This document shows positions 1-13,457 of a stretch of DNA of 64,000 nucleotides, piece after piece. Position numbers and translations under genes: made by a program. Position 1 is the stretch's first letter. Every line of letters begins with the position of its first letter. This DNA comes from Mobula birostris (Eukaryota), in contig NC_092381.1 in NCBI RefSeq assembly GCF_030028105.1, positions 83,602,505-83,666,504 on the forward strand, read 5' to 3'. The notes beneath the pieces are model-generated. The model saw only the letters and a program-made list of their open reading frames with translations. It was not told the origin of the DNA and did not search any database.

Positions 1-610
1 ATGCTCATGTCCACATCAACGGTATTGAAATTGAGAGGGTGGAGAGCTTCAAGTTTCTAGACACGGACATCAGCAACAGACAGTCCTAGTCCAACCACAT
101 TAACGTCATGACATGCAAGCTCACCAACACCTCGATTTCCTCAGGAAACTAAAGAAATTCGACTCTGACCAATTTTTATCATTGCATTGTCTAGATGCAG
201 GACGTCTTGGTACGGCAACTGCTCTGTACGTCACCATAAGAAACTGCTGGACCCATCTCAGCACATCAAATGAACCAGTCTACCCTCTACGGACTGTCTA
301 TTTCTTGCTGCCTCAGTAAAGCAGCCAGTATCATCAAAGAGCCTCCCAAGCAGGACATTCTCTGTTCTAATCTCTCACACCGGACAGAAAATACAAAAGC
401 CAGAAAGTACCAACTAACGGTCTCAAGGACAGTTTCTATCCGACTGTTAGCAGACTCTTCGAACCGATCTCATGCACGGTAAGATGGACTCTTGGCCTCA
501 CAATCCACCTCATGAGGATCTTATACTTTATCATTTACCTGCACTGTACTGTGAGTAACTTCTACACTTTATTCTGCATTGTTATTGTTGTACCTTTTTT
601 ATTGTATAAT
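1..610 (+). mobile_element. Rex1/Babar-like LINE, 3' fragment (degenerate)
   Basis: Decayed RT C-terminus ([14 protein letters not shown]; KAASIIKEP) followed by a T-rich 3' UTR. Confidence 0.75.
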
Positions 611-1939
611 GCTGCAGATCTTTCCAAAGCCCAGACTGAAATTCTGTAAAGCCAGCAAAAAGCAAGCCAGTCAAAGGCCTCTAGATGGGTTCAAGTTAAG
701 TTTCCTGGCAGTAATGCACTTTATTGACTTAGCCTTAAGGATACTGTCACTAAAGCATTTTTGAACCATGCCCAAGATACATAACACTATTATTCTAATC
801 CCTTCAAGCCAACTCATCCCTCATTATTACTGACATTCTAGTGCAGTATGCTGCAATGTTTCTATTGCTATTTCTTCTATTTGTGTCTTCTAACAGGAAC
901 ACAACTCCAACTGATGTATTTAACCATGACTGTACTGCGAGTTTAACAATTAATGTCATACTTATTGCTCCCATGATCAATAATAATTACACTGCACTGT
1001 ACACGTATTATCTGTTCTAAGAGGAGCACATTTATGGAAACCAAAAATGTCATTTTGATAAACAAGTATTCTATGACCATGTGCATTCATTACAACTGCA
1101 GCTAGATTATTTTTCATAACTATGATTTATAATCCACATTTTGCATCTCAAGGCTATACAATAAAGCAGATTAAATGATTAATTTTATTCATAAAAGCAT
1201 AAAGCGTGTTACATGTGTATTGCTAAATCCTATTTTTGACCTTGGGCGTATGTGGATAAAGCATGAGACTTCTGCCATCTAGTGGCAATATCCAGTAGTG
1301 TGTCATATCATAAACTGAGCTCCAATTAACAATGTATCCAGCATTTGCAGTATCACGTGTCTCCAATTCAACTGATTCAGCCTTCTTCAATGTAACTCAA
1401 CATTACACTGCACATTAAGGTGCATATTATTCTGCTAAACCTGAATGGAATTCATGTTCAATGGAATAAAATGCCAGATTTCTCATATGCGCCAGTGCCT
1501 TCTCAGTGATAAGTTGACAGTACTTATTTTTTATTCATGGGACCTATAGACAAGACATTAGTGATTGAATTCACAATGCAGTCATATTAATAACTGCTTA
1601 TTAAAGTGGCTTGTTAAACGAAAGGTAAGGGGATTACTGTATAAACTTATTCTTAGACGAGCTGCACAAAATACTTAAAAACATGCATCTGCAAAACCTG
1701 TTGCCTGTGTTTGTTGTCAAAACTACCATCTTTCAGATGGGAATCTAAGTTGAAACTCTGTCTCCTCTTAGGCAGAGATAGATGCAAAATATTCCATGAG
1801 ACTATTCAAGCTCAGGGGCATTCTTCAGGTGACTTTATCAATATTCCTTCATCAAACATCATCTGCAACAGATGATCGTGGTCATTATTGTTTTGCCAAC
1901 TGATGGCATAACTTATCATTGTGGATATGTGGTTATTGG

Positions 1940-2395
1940 AGAAAGTCCCGAGGAGGTTCGCAAGGATGATTCCAAGAATGAGGAGCGTTTGACAGCTTTG
2001 GTCCTGTACTTACAGGAATTTGGAAACCTACCGAATGTTGAAAACACTAGATAAGGTGGATGTGGAGAGGATGTTCCCTATGGTGAGGGTATCCAGAACT
2101 AGAGGGCACAGCCTCTAAATGAAGGGATGACCTTAAAAGGGTAAGGAAGAATATTTTTAGTCAGAGAGTAGTGAATCTGTGGAATGCTCCGCCACGGACT
2201 GCGGTGGAGGCCAAGTCCATGGGTATATTTAAAGCAAAAGTTGATAGTTTCCTGATTGGTCACGGCATCAAAGGTTATGGCGAGAAGGCAGGTGTATGGG
2301 GTTGAGTGGAATCTGGGATCAGCCATGATGGAATGGCAGAGCAGATTCGATGGGCTGAATGGCCTAATTTCTGCTTCCACATCTTATGGTCTATT
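1940..2395 (+). mobile_element. CR1 LINE 3' fragment
   Basis: Typical CR1 3' end (cagagagtagtgaatctgtggaat ... gggctgaatggcctaatttctgct...tcttatggtct). Confidence 0.8.
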
Positions 2396-2713
2396 TTTTC
2401 TTTATTGCACATCTCTGCACTTCAGAAAAACATCATTGGTTGATTGCCTGTTGCTTTGGAATATCCCAAGTTAATGTGGAAAAATTTCATTGGAATACAA
2501 TTTGTCTTCCTAAATTTGCCTGTACCTTCCAATAGATAAAAGGTATGTGTTGAAGATACTATATTCTACTGATGGTACCTATAACAAGACAATAATTACC
2601 AAATTCAAAATACAGTGGTGCTTGAAACAAAGATTGAAGGGGCAAGCAATAAGCATAGAAAACATACAGCACACTACAGGCCCTTTGGCCTACAATGCTG
2701 TGCTGAACACATA

Positions 2714-4066
2714 CACTCTATCCTCATTATATGCGTCTTCAGACTATGCGAATTCACAGTTATGCGAGGAACCTATTTCTATCAACGTCTCATTATACGC
2801 GTCCAAAATTCACAGTTATGTGACGAGCACTGCCTTCCCGCCAATACGAGTCATGTGCGCACACCTCACAGTCTCACTGTTGGGACGAGAAGCACCGCTT
2901 TCCTGCCAATACAAGTCAGGTGTACGCGCCTCACAATCTCTCTCCCGTCACTCTCGCATTGGTTTTGGCAAGGTGCGGATGCGCGATCTTAAACTTCTGT
3001 TGGTTTTATCTACAGTGCAGTGATTTTGTGCTTGAAATATTTAATTATGCCTCTTAAGTGTCCAATGTCATGTCTTGGGACCTCAGCCAAGCGGCAGAGA
3101 ACCACTTTAACACTTGAAAAAAAAGTTGGATATTATAAACAGCACAGCATCTACTGCCCGGAACAGAATCTTGCCTTTAAAGTTCTTTTGTTGCTTGACA
3201 ATGCTCCAGCCCATCCTACACATTTGGACAGCATTCATCCTAACATAACAGTACATTGCAACACACATCAAAGTTGCTGGTGAACGCAGCAGGCCAGGCA
3301 GCATCTGCATAACAGTACATTTCCTGCCGCCTAACACAACATCGCTGATTCAACCACTTGACCGGTGTGATCCACATTCAAGGCGTGCGTATTTTTTTTT
3401 TTTTTTACGGTGAACTATCTCTCAGATGCTGCAAGCAACAGACGATTTTGAAAATCCCGGGAGTTTACCAACAGTGAAGGAATGGTGGAAGTCGGAACAC
3501 AAATGGCGATGGACATGGACCCAAGTTTAGAACGGAGTCAGCATTTCAGTCGTTCCCTGCCTTCAACCCTTCTTCCCTACAAGCAAATTTATGCTGAAAA
3601 GCAAAATGCTGCCAAGCAACAACCGGCACCACCTTATGTAAATCACTGTAATCTTTCTGCTGCCGGCAGTTCTAAGAGTTCTGTGAGTCTTCATTCACCC
3701 CTTGCTGTGCTTGATATTATCCTGACGACCACAACCAACCATGTCATCTATGTAAAGCTGCCCGACACCACAACAACCACTCGTCTCCTGGAGCGAACAC
3801 ACCTGCCACTGGTGAGTACTGCACGTCAGAGGATGATAACTTTCTATGACTTATTACATTGAATATTACCTTAAATTGATTAAATGTAATACAAATATTG
3901 TCTTGTAGTTCTGATTTTGTGTCGTATTGGTATAAAAATGTGAATAAGTTACAGGTAAAACATATTTAGGAAGCCCTCTGGAAAGCATCCCTATTTTCTC
4001 CATTTAAATAATTATTCACATTATGTGTCAAGGAACTTATCCCTCGCATATAATGAGGATAGGGTG
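2714..4066 (+). mobile_element. Tigger/pogo-like DNA transposon, internally deleted
   Basis: 22-bp terminal inverted repeats (cactctatcctcattatatgcg / cgcatataatgaggatagggtg) with TA on both sides. Transposase remnants AKRQRTTLTLEKK, KVLLLLDNAPAHP and FLPPNTTSLIQPLD. Confidence 0.92.
3258..3307. mobile_element. 50-bp Penelope-derived insertion with 14-bp TSD
   Basis: CATAACAGTACATT duplicated at 3244-3257 and 3308-3321; insert nearly identical to part of the 44.7-kb element. Confidence 0.8.
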
Positions 4067-5509
4067 TACTTACTTTAGAAATTACCTTGGGCTACCCATA
4101 GCCCTCTATTTTTCTAAGCTCCATGTATCTATCCAAGAGTCTCTTAAAAGACCCCATCATATCCGCCTCCACCACAGTTGCCAGCAGCCCATTCCACGCA
4201 CTCACCACTCTCTGCGTAAAAAACTTACCCCTGACATCTCCTCTGTACCTACTTCAAGCACCTTAAAACTGTGCCCTCTCGTGTTAGCCATTTCAGCCCT
4301 GGGAAAAAGCCTCCAACTATCCACATGATCAATGCCTCTCATCATCTTATACACCTCTACCACTGTCTGCCTTCTTAACTACACAGTCAATCTGCACAGC
4401 AGCTTTGAGTGTCGTATGCTCTCGGACCCCAAGATCCTTCTGATTCTCCACACTGCCAAAAGTTTTATCATTAATACTATATTCTGCTATCATATTTGAC
4501 CTACTAAAATGAACCACCTCACACTTATCTGGGTTGAACTCCATCTGCCACTTCTCAGCCCAGTTTTGCATCTTGGTTTTATTTTAGGAAGATAATTCTA
4601 TGAGGAGTTTCCCCCAATTCTGTTAAGTGTACACACTTCTGGAAATCTTTTAATAGAGAAAATTTAACAACATTTATCCCAGTATCGCTGATTGTAGGAC
4701 AATTCAAGATAAGGAAACTGCAGTACTTTCAGTGCATATCTCAGTCATTAGCGGCTTCATTCTCACATTAATGCTCTCCCATAAACTAGTTTCTAATTTT
4801 AATTCATGAACTGGGAGAACAAAGAACAAAACACAATGCAATTTGATCCTGTTTGATTTGGGTTGATAACCAGGATAATATACCTCAAATTTCCATTTCC
4901 TTAGCAGTTTTTCAAAAACCTGCATTCAGATACAAATCATCTACATTATCACAAGCAAGTAATTTGGGCGAGTGTTCTCCTGGACGAACTGTTGAGTGTC
5001 CAAAGGTGAGAAACACTCAGAATTTCTCCCCTCAGTTACTCGAGAGTTTTTAAAATTTGCAACTCTCCCAGAGATTGCATGGCAGCTCTGAGTGCTGCAT
5101 TGCATAGCATCACTCAGCAGGTCGCCACTCCCTGGGGCAGGCTAGGTGGACCCTGATGTTATTTTGGAGAGGAGGAGAAGGATTGTCAGTTTCAGCAGAT
5201 TTGTCTGGAAGTGAAAGGAGGGCAGATCTTGTAGTGCAGAAACTAAAGGGGCAAAGTTAAATCGGCTCTCATGAAAGCTGTGCCACTTACCAAGATCACA
5301 GCCTTTCTTGCACCTTATGCACTCTCCTGTCTGACTCTCATATCCTACAATTTCCTCAGCACCCAAACACCTATTGATTGCAGCCTTGAATGCGGTACTA
5401 CTGTGGTATTCTTGAGGGATTGAAAGAGCCCTTTCAGCACTGAGCATCAATTCACATTGGACTATTGATCCACAGACAGCACAAGTCCAAGTTGCCAACT
5501 TTCATAGAT

Positions 5510-5684
5510 CAGGGGATCCCAACTTGAGGTCTATGGACCACTTACTTAATGGAACACACACAAAATGCTGGAGGATTTTGCGTTGTGCTGCTTTTGATTT
5601 CCAGTATCTGCAGATTTTCTCGCGTTTGTGGTTCACTTGCTTAATGGTATTGGTCCATGGCATAAAAAAGGTTGAGAACCCCTG
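5510..5684. mobile_element. Short hAT-like MITE containing a Penelope-derived insert (5553-5633); other MITE copies at ~13866-13945 and ~18430-18509
   Basis: CAGGGG..CCCAAC / GGTTG.GAACCCCTG ends. Insert flanked by CACTT(A/G)CTTAATGG at 5539-5552 and 5634-5647. Confidence 0.7.
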
Positions 5685-5689
5685 GGCTG

Positions 5690-6360
5690 GATAATACAGC
5701 AGGTGGACTTTGAGGATGAGGAGGAAATAACAAAAGCAGCAGTACATGTGGAGAGGGAGGTAGAGAAGGCGCATGTCACACTTGGCTTCTTTGGTCACAG
5801 CATAAGAGTACAAAAGCTGGAAAGTCATGTTTGGTTAGGCCATATTTAGAATCTTGTGTACGGCCCAGTCACTGCACTTCAGCAAAGATGTGGACACTCT
5901 GAAGAGGGAGAAGGTGGTCACCAGGATGTGCCCAGATTGGAGAGAATTAGCTGCAAGAAGTTGGACAAACTTGGAGTGTCAGAGGCTGAGGGGAGATTCA
6001 GCAGAAGTACATAAAATTATGAGGGGCAAATAAAGGGTAGACAGTCAAAATCTTCCCCCTCCCCTTGGGTGGCACTGTCAAATACTAGAGTGCATAGGCT
6101 TAAGGTGAAGGACAGAAAGTTTAAAGATGATCTGCAAATCGGGTTTTTGTTTTAAAGGAGAATGGCGGTTACTGGAATGTACTGCCTGAATAGGAGATGG
6201 AAACAGGTATGATAATCACATTTAAGAGGCATTTAGATGGGCTCACGACTGGTAAGGAACAGAGGGATACACACCATGTGCAGAACGGTGGGATTAGTTA
6301 GATTATCATGGTTGGTGCAGATATGGTTTGCCAGAGGGCCCATTTCAGTGCTGTACTGAT
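5690..6360 (+). mobile_element. Old CR1 LINE 3' fragment
   Basis: Degenerate CR1 RT C-terminus and 3' UTR motifs (ttggttaggccatatttaga..., gaggggagattcagcagaagtacataaaattatgagggg). Confidence 0.65.
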
Positions 6361-6632
6361 CTTCGTAACAAATGAGTTTTGCCTTATCGTCGTAGGACCA
6401 TTTTTAATTCAGATCCACCTCCATGAAGGTTAATTGGATACTGGCCTGTAACTCAGGAGCTTCTGAAATCAACTTCAGCCACGCTTGTCAAATGGCCCAC
6501 CACAGATAAGACTACATTTGAGATCCTTGCTCTCTATGGCTTAGTACAGAATAGTGAAAGTTACACTGTAAAGTAAAATATTCTTAACGTGAGGAGAAAT
6601 AGTAAACAAAACAACTGCAAGTTTCTACTTAC

Positions 6633-6706
6633 ATGTATGGACCAGGAAGGCCGCCAAGTGCATTGAAGCACAGACATGTGTCCTCTACTATAACAGGGCC
6701 TTGGAT
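6633..6706 (-). CDS. ITPA: ITPA coding exon 4; downstream exons not located in the window
   Basis: tag|IQGPVIVEDTCLCFNALGGLPGPY+AT|gtaagt; contains the catalytic VEDT and GLPGPY motifs; 74 nt. Confidence 0.96.
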
Positions 6707-8579
6707 CTAAAGAAATAAAGTTGATATCTGTTAAATTTCACTATGTAGCTATAATCCGAGGTCTTCATATTAGCTTAAGATTGGAATTCACTACCATTTG
6801 TTTATTGTGCTGTAGAGACTCCCAGCAGTTTGGTTCTCTTGGCAAATTACCCTTTTCATCACCTGACTTTTATGATGAAAAACAGCTATAGATAGCAGCT
6901 GATGAAACACCTACCTGGAACACTGGCTGGACTATGTCCTCTGGGCAGAGGTGAACGCCATAAAACAAGTACTAGCAGATGAAAGTTCAGGTCTGTGGAA
7001 TCACAAACTCCATTGTACTTAGCATTTTCAAACTCCATTTTAGGCTCCGGCCAGTAACAGTACCATTGCGTTTATTGCCCAGACTGAATTGCTCTTGAGA
7101 AAGCGATGGCTATCTGCCGTCTTGAACTGGTGCAAGCCGTAGAGTGTTGCCGGGTAAGGAACTGCGGGATTCTGGCCCAGTGAAATGAAGGACCTGCGGT
7201 GCATTTCCCTAGTCAGGATGATGGTCACCTCGGAGGGGAACCTGCGGGTGGCGGTGCCACTGTGCAGCTGCAGCCCTTGCCCTTTGTGATGGCAGGTTTG
7301 CTGAGCTTGGGAGCTGCCACCAGAGTAGCTTGGGTGAATAACCACGGTGCCTTTTTTTGAGATGCTACAAGCTGAAGACGCCGAGAAGGGATGAATGCTT
7401 AGGATGGTAGATGGGATGACAATCAAAAGGGCTGTTCTGTCCTGGATGGCACTGAGCTCCTTGAGGGTTGCTGAACATTACACTCATCCAGGCAAATGGA
7501 GAATATTACAGTACATGCACTGCAGATGGCAGAAAGGCCCTGGGCTGTCGGAAAATGAATCATTCACTGCAGGATAACCAGCCTCCAATCCATTCCTGTT
7601 GCCACATTATTAATGTAACAGATCTAGTTACGTTTTCTGGTCAATGGAAACCTCCAAGATATAGATGACAGAAGATCTGGTGATGATAATGCCACTGAGA
7701 GAGACAGGTGGGTGGTTAGACACTTCCTTGTCGGAGCAGTACTGGTCAAAATGCATAGCACGCCAGACCGCTTCATTTCACAGTCAGCCATGTGGGGCTT
7801 ATCTGGAAACGTGTATAGCCCACGCTGGGCAAGGGTGGCAGATCTTCTCTCCTGAAGATTTTTAGTGAAGCAGATAGGTAATATCATAACCTGGGAGGAT
7901 TTCATGCTCTTTTTAGTTACAGACTGCTTAGAATTTTATTTTTCCAGTCCATAAACTGTAGGTCATTAATTGAATTTTAATTTCACGGCTGCCTTGGTGG
8001 GTTTGAACTTGGGTCACTGAGTTGTTTACACAGTTCCCTGGATTACTAGTCCGATAACTTAAATGGCAAACCAACAGCATCTGTGCAGCAAAGGCTTATG
8101 AAACAATTGCCCAGTCATTCCGCACACCCAAGAGTGAAATGTGAAGAACATACACAATCTAGAAAATAAAAAGTAGTGAAAACAATGGCATAAAAATTAT
8201 AGTAGTATTAGAGAACTGTATAAAATCAGCCATACAGTACTAGAGTCATTGTACTCGACTGGCATCTGTACATCAGCCAAAAATCTACAGGCTTGTTTTG
8301 AAACCCCTTCTGGTTCTCCAGTGTTTTTCAGGAAAAGAAATCTACCATCCCTACTCTGCCTGGCCCACAACTGATTGCTGGCCCATCAACTCTCTACTGT
8401 CTCTCAACAGAGGTGGCATTTAGGGATGGATAATCTTGAATCATGGTCGGTATGTCCACATTACCTAAACAAATAAACAATTTAAAGAATTCTAGCTATT
8501 GTACACTTTTTGGAAAATTATGTGATGATCATTCATAAGCACTCTGAGCAGACGATAAGAATCTGTGATGAGCACGTAC

Positions 8580-8644
8580 CTCTCGAGCTGCTTCCTGACA
8601 TTTCTTTATTGAAATTTCATCTGGCTCACCCTGGTACTCTGGTA
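8580..8644 (-). CDS. ITPA: ITPA coding exon 3
   Basis: cag|(L)[21 protein letters not shown]|gtacgt; 65 nt; phase consistent with exon 2. Confidence 0.96.
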
Positions 8645-8732
8645 CTGGAGAAAAATTATTAAAGCACAAATGTCTTATCTTCTAATTTTCATCAAATGTT
8701 ACGACTAAAGTAAAACAAAGAATGTTACTTAC

Positions 8733-8790
8733 AGTCAATCTTTTTGGAAACAAGTGTGAAAGGAAACTTGTCACCTAGAATTTGAACAAC
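8733..8790 (-). CDS. ITPA: ITPA coding exon 2
   Basis: cag|VVQILGDKFPFTLVSKKID+T|gtaagt; 58 nt; continues exon 1 in frame. Confidence 0.96.
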
Positions 8791-9013
8791 CTGTTCACAA
8801 ACAACAGAGTAAGATTAATTAAGGATTCGAACTAAAGGGCTTGTATTTACACAATCTTGGGCTATTTTTAAAAAGATAATTTTGTCATGATATTTTTGTT
8901 GCATATTAAAATCATCAGTGTGTTGACTCACCAAAACCACTTCAACATAAGCATAAAGGAGATGAGAACTGTAGAAATAACATCTTATTCACTCCTCCCT
9001 CCTTAAATGGTTC

Positions 9014-9569
9014 ACTGAAGCGTGTGAGATGTGCCTTCCACCCAACATCCACAAAGTCAAGGGCCACTGCCAACTTGCCCGTCAGATCAATCTTTCCTCC
9101 GGACAACAGGGTAGCACCACCAGCCCAGAGATTCTGGTTAGACTCCGTAAGCCATGCTGGGAAAGCCAGATTGGTCTATGCCCGACACCAGGTTCCCAAA
9201 GCAGGCACTCTATCCTGAACTTTGATATTGAAGCAGATTTTCAGAAGGACAGAGAAAAAGACTCAAGGATAATCTAAATCATAACAAAATTCCCACTTCT
9301 CTCTGGCTATGAGCACTTAAAGTGGCGATGAAGAACTTGGCCTGTTATTGAGTACCTCGAGACACACATTGACGGCACACAGAGATTCTGCATATGCAGA
9401 GCACCATCTCATAAACACCCTGACTAGCCACACCATGCACCTCCAACCCCATGGTGTGGAATGTCTATGGCTCCCACATCGGCCCCATTAGTCTCTTCCG
9501 AACCCATAGACCTGCAGAAGAGGCAAATTATCCTTTCCCAGGGACTAACTCTGCTGGGGAATAAATCAT
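9014..9569 (+). repeat. Unclassified repeat, copy A of an inverted pair
   Basis: Reverse complement of 15966-16447; near-identical translations appear on opposite strands in the ORF track. Confidence 0.9.
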
Positions 9570-9944
9570 AAATCTGGATTTTTGGAAAAGACTCTACTGC
9601 CATATTATCCTTTGAAACAGGCCAGTATGACCACAAACTACACCTTGGTGCTCCCAAAGTACTGGAACTCTTTCTTGTCTCCTGGTAGAAAGCATTGGGC
9701 AGGAGGTTCTCTGTAATCTGAAGGCAACTGGTGAGAGACAGAAAGCAAATAACTATAACTTTTGATGTTTATGTGAATGATTGATCCCCACCACCCGGAT
9801 CATGCCATCTTCTCACAGCTACCATTGGGCAAGGGGTACAGAAGCCTGAAGCCACACAGCGCCAGGTTACAAGTCAGCTAGATGCCTTCAATCATTTAGT
9901 TCATGAACCAATCAGCACAATACTAATCTTCAATTGCAGAAAAA

Positions 9945-10705
9945 TGAGTGAATATTATCAAAGTCAAACCAGTGGTCTCTACATTTCCATCCAAGCTAAC
10001 CCTATTTACGTGCAATATTGGCTGTCCCGACCTTTTGCAATTTCCAAGCCTTCTCGAGTTGGAAGAGAAAGGAAGAATACCAGATGATGATCTTCAAGTA
10101 TACTGTGCCCACCTGGGTGAGCTGCATAAAGTCACATCAGAGAAATTCCAGGATCTTCCCTTGATCCAAATTCCAGATTGGGTAATAGATCCATTCCAGA
10201 ACACTTATAATGAGGAATTAACAGGAAGGATGGAGGAAGAACTGATCTCACCACAAAATAACTTTTGAGCTGAAACCAGGGTTTAAAAAATAATTGGTTG
10301 CAGAAAGAAATCTCTGAACACCATCTTGAACTGTGGAAAAACGCCAGGATCTTCTTTAGGGCCCTTCCAACATTATGCTTAGTGGAGCACGGTATCAGTG
10401 CAGTCACCCAACTTCTTTCAAAGCAACAGAACAGATTGCAACTTACTGAACTTGGGGATCTGAGACTCCATCCAAGTGACATTCAGCCTGATATCACTGC
10501 ACCAAGCCCATCCATCTCATTGAAAGGTGAAAAAGCAATGAAATAGTGAATAGTTGGACTACTAACGTACACTCTAAAATTGTTAATGAAAATTGTTTTT
10601 ACTGAAATTGAAGAAATAATGTTATTTGCAGCTTTAAATAGATTTGAATATTTGCAATTATTTGTCACTGCTTTGAATTTACAGTTCCTATTTTCTTTCA
10701 CTGTG
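9945..10705 (+). mobile_element. hAT/Charlie (ZBED8/SCAND3-like) transposase C-terminal remnant, interrupted by CR1; 3' end resumes at ~13460-13535
   Basis: Remnant peptides QIPDWVIDPF and LCLVEHGISAVTQLLSKQQNRLQLTELGDLRL, typical of Charlie-type hAT C-termini. Confidence 0.8.
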
Positions 10706-10716
10706 CATTGTAGATC

Positions 10717-13457
10717 AAAATGGGCAGGAATGGCTCCTTCAAGTGCCAGGCTTTAGATGTTTCAGAAAAGATAGGGAGGAAGTCAAAAGAGATGGGGGCG
10801 TGGCACTGATCAGAGATAGTGTCACGGCTACAGAAAAGGAGGAAGTCATGGAGGGGTTGTCTACAGAGTCTCTGTGGGTAGAAGTTAGGAATAGGAAGGG
10901 GTCAATAACTCTACTGGGTGTTTTTTATAGACCACCCAATAGTAACAGGGACATCTAGGAGCAGATAAAGAGACAGATTCTGGAAAGGAGTAATAATAAC
11001 AGGGTTGTTGTGTTCGGAGATTTTAATTTCCCAAATATCAATTGGCATCTCCCTAGAGTGAGGGGTTTAGATGGGGTGGAGTTTGTTAGGTGTGTTCAGG
11101 AAGGTTTCTTGACACAATATGTAGATAAGCCAACAAGAGGAGAGGCTGTACTTGATCTGGTATTGGGGAAATGAACCTGGTCAGGTGTCAGGTCTCTCAG
11201 TGGGACAGCATTTTGGAGATAGTGATCAGAATTCTATCTCCTTTACCATAGCATTGGAGAGGGATAGGAACAGACAAGTTAGGGAAATATTTAATTGGAG
11301 TAAGGGGAAATACGAGGCTATCAGGCAGGAACTTGGAAGCATAAATTGGAAACAGATGTTTTTGCGTAAACGTATGGAAGAAATGTGGCAAATGTTCAGG
11401 GGGTATTTGCGTGGGGTTCTGAGTAGGTACGTTCCAATGAGACAGGGAAAGGATGGTAGGGTACAAGATCTGTGGTGTACAAAGGCTGTTGTAAATTTAG
11501 TCAAAAAGAAAAGCGCGTAAAAGGTTCAAAAAACTAGGTAATGATAGAGATCTAGAAGATTATAAGGCGAGCAGGAAGGAGTTTAAGAATGAAATTAGGA
11601 GAGCCAGAAGGGGCCATGAGAAGGCCTTGGTGGACAGGATTAAGGAAAACCCCAAGGCATTCTACAGGTATGTGAAGAGCAAGAGGATAAGACGTGAGAG
11701 AATAGGACAAATCATGTGTAACAATGGAAAAGTGTGTATGGAACTGGAGGAAATAGTGGAGGTACTTAATGAATACTTTGCTTCAGTATTCACTACGGAA
11801 ACGGATCGTGGCGATTGTAGGGATGACTTGCAGTGGACTGAAAAGCCTGAGAATGTAGATATTAAGAAAGGGGATGGGCTGGAGCTTTTGGAAAGCATCA
11901 AGTTGGAGAAGTCACCGGGACAAGACGGGATGTACCCCAGGCTACTGTGGGAATTGAGGGAGGAGATTGCTGAGCCTCTGGCAATGATCTTTGCATTATC
12001 AATGAGGACGGGAGAGGTTCTGGAGGATTGCAGGGTTGCGGATGTTGTTCCCTTATTCAAGAAAGGGAGTAGAGGTAGCCTAGGAAATTATAGACCAGTG
12101 AGTCTTACTTCAGTGGTTGGTAAGTTGATGAAAAAGATCCTGAGAGGCAGGATTTATGAACATTTGGAGAGGCATAATGTGATTAGGAATCATCAGCATG
12201 GCTTTGTTCAAAGGTAGGTCATGCCTTACCAGCCTGATTGAATTTTTTGAGGATGTGACTAAGCACATTGATGAAGGTAGAGCCGTAGATATAGTGTATA
12301 TGGATCTTAGCAAGGCATTTGACAAGGTACCCCATGCAAAGCTTATTGAGAAAGTAAGGAGGCATGGGATCCAAGGGGACATTGTTTTGTGGATCCAGAA
12401 CTGGCTTGCCCACAGAAGGCAAAGAGTAGTGGTAGACAGGTCATATTCTGCATGGAGATCAGTGACCAGTGGTGTGCCTCAGGGATCTGTTCTGGGACCC
12501 CTACTCTTTGTGATTTTTATAAATGACCTAGATGAGGAAGTAGAGGGATGGGTTAGTAAATTTGCTGATGTCACAAAGGTTGGGGTGTTGTGGATAGTGT
12601 GGGGGGCTGTCAGAGGTTACAACAGGACGTTGATAGGATGCAAAACTGGGCTGAGAAGTCGCAGATGGAGTTCAACTCAGATAAGTGTGAGGTGGTTCAT
12701 TTTGGTTGGTCAAATATGATGGCAGAATATAGCATTAATGGTAAGACTCTTGGTAGTGTGGGGGATCAGAGGGATCTTGGGGTCCGAGTCCATAGGACAC
12801 TCAAAGCTGCTACGCAGGTTGACTCTGTGGCTAAGAAGGCATACAGTACATTGGCCTTCAATCGTGGGATTGAGTTTAAGAGGTAATGTTGCAGCTATAT
12901 AGGACCCTAGTCAGACCCCACTTGGAGTACTGTGCTCAGTTCTGGTCGCCTCCCTATAGGAAGGACATGGAAACCATAGAAAGGGTACAGAGGAGATTTA
13001 CAAGGATGTTGCCTGGATTGGGGAGCATGCCTTATGAGAATAGGTTGAGTGAACTTGGCCTTTTCTCCTTGAAGCGACAGAGGATGAGCGGTGACCTGAT
13101 AAAGGTATACAAGATAATGAGAAGCATTGAACATGTGGATAGTCAGACGCTTTTCCCCAGGGCTGAAATGGCTAGCATAAGTGGGCATAGCTTTAAGGGA
13201 GTAGGTACAGAGGAGACGTCAGGGGTAAGTTTTTTTTAAACGCAGAGTGGTGAGTGCGTGGAATGGGCTGCCGGTGGCAGTGGTGGAGGCGGAAACAAAA
13301 ACCGTAGGGTCTTTTAAGAGACTCCTCGATGGCTACATGGAGCTTAGAAAAATAGAGGGCTATGGGTAAGCCTAGGTAGTTCTAAGGTAGGGACATGTTT
13401 GGCACAGCTTTGTGGGCCGAGGGGCCTATATTGTGCTGTACATTTTCTGTGTTTCTA
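10717..13457 (+). mobile_element. CR1 LINE, most of ORF2 (APE endonuclease and RT), frameshifted, with 3' tail
   Basis: [40 protein letters not shown] (degenerate ADD) and [12 protein letters not shown]; 3' end tgtgctgtacattttctgtgtttcta. Confidence 0.95.

Larger units (their letters stand above)
2655..4575 (-). mobile_element. CR1 LINE 3' fragment, split by a Tigger insertion
   Basis: Tail catagaaaacatacagcac at 2655-2711 resumes at 4069; RT remnant [22 protein letters not shown]. Confidence 0.85.

Noticed and set aside
4884-4919. AG...GT-bounded 36-nt segment loosely resembling ITPA exon 5 (FEKL)
   Set aside because: In the frame set by exon 4 it reads MFLKNC*, and it does not encode KWFLEKLKPEG. 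The true exon 5 probably lies outside the window.
9024-9657. Short ORFs in the inverted duplication as a possible novel gene
   Set aside because: No recognisable domain, the frames are short and broken by indels between the copies, and there is no convincing exon structure.
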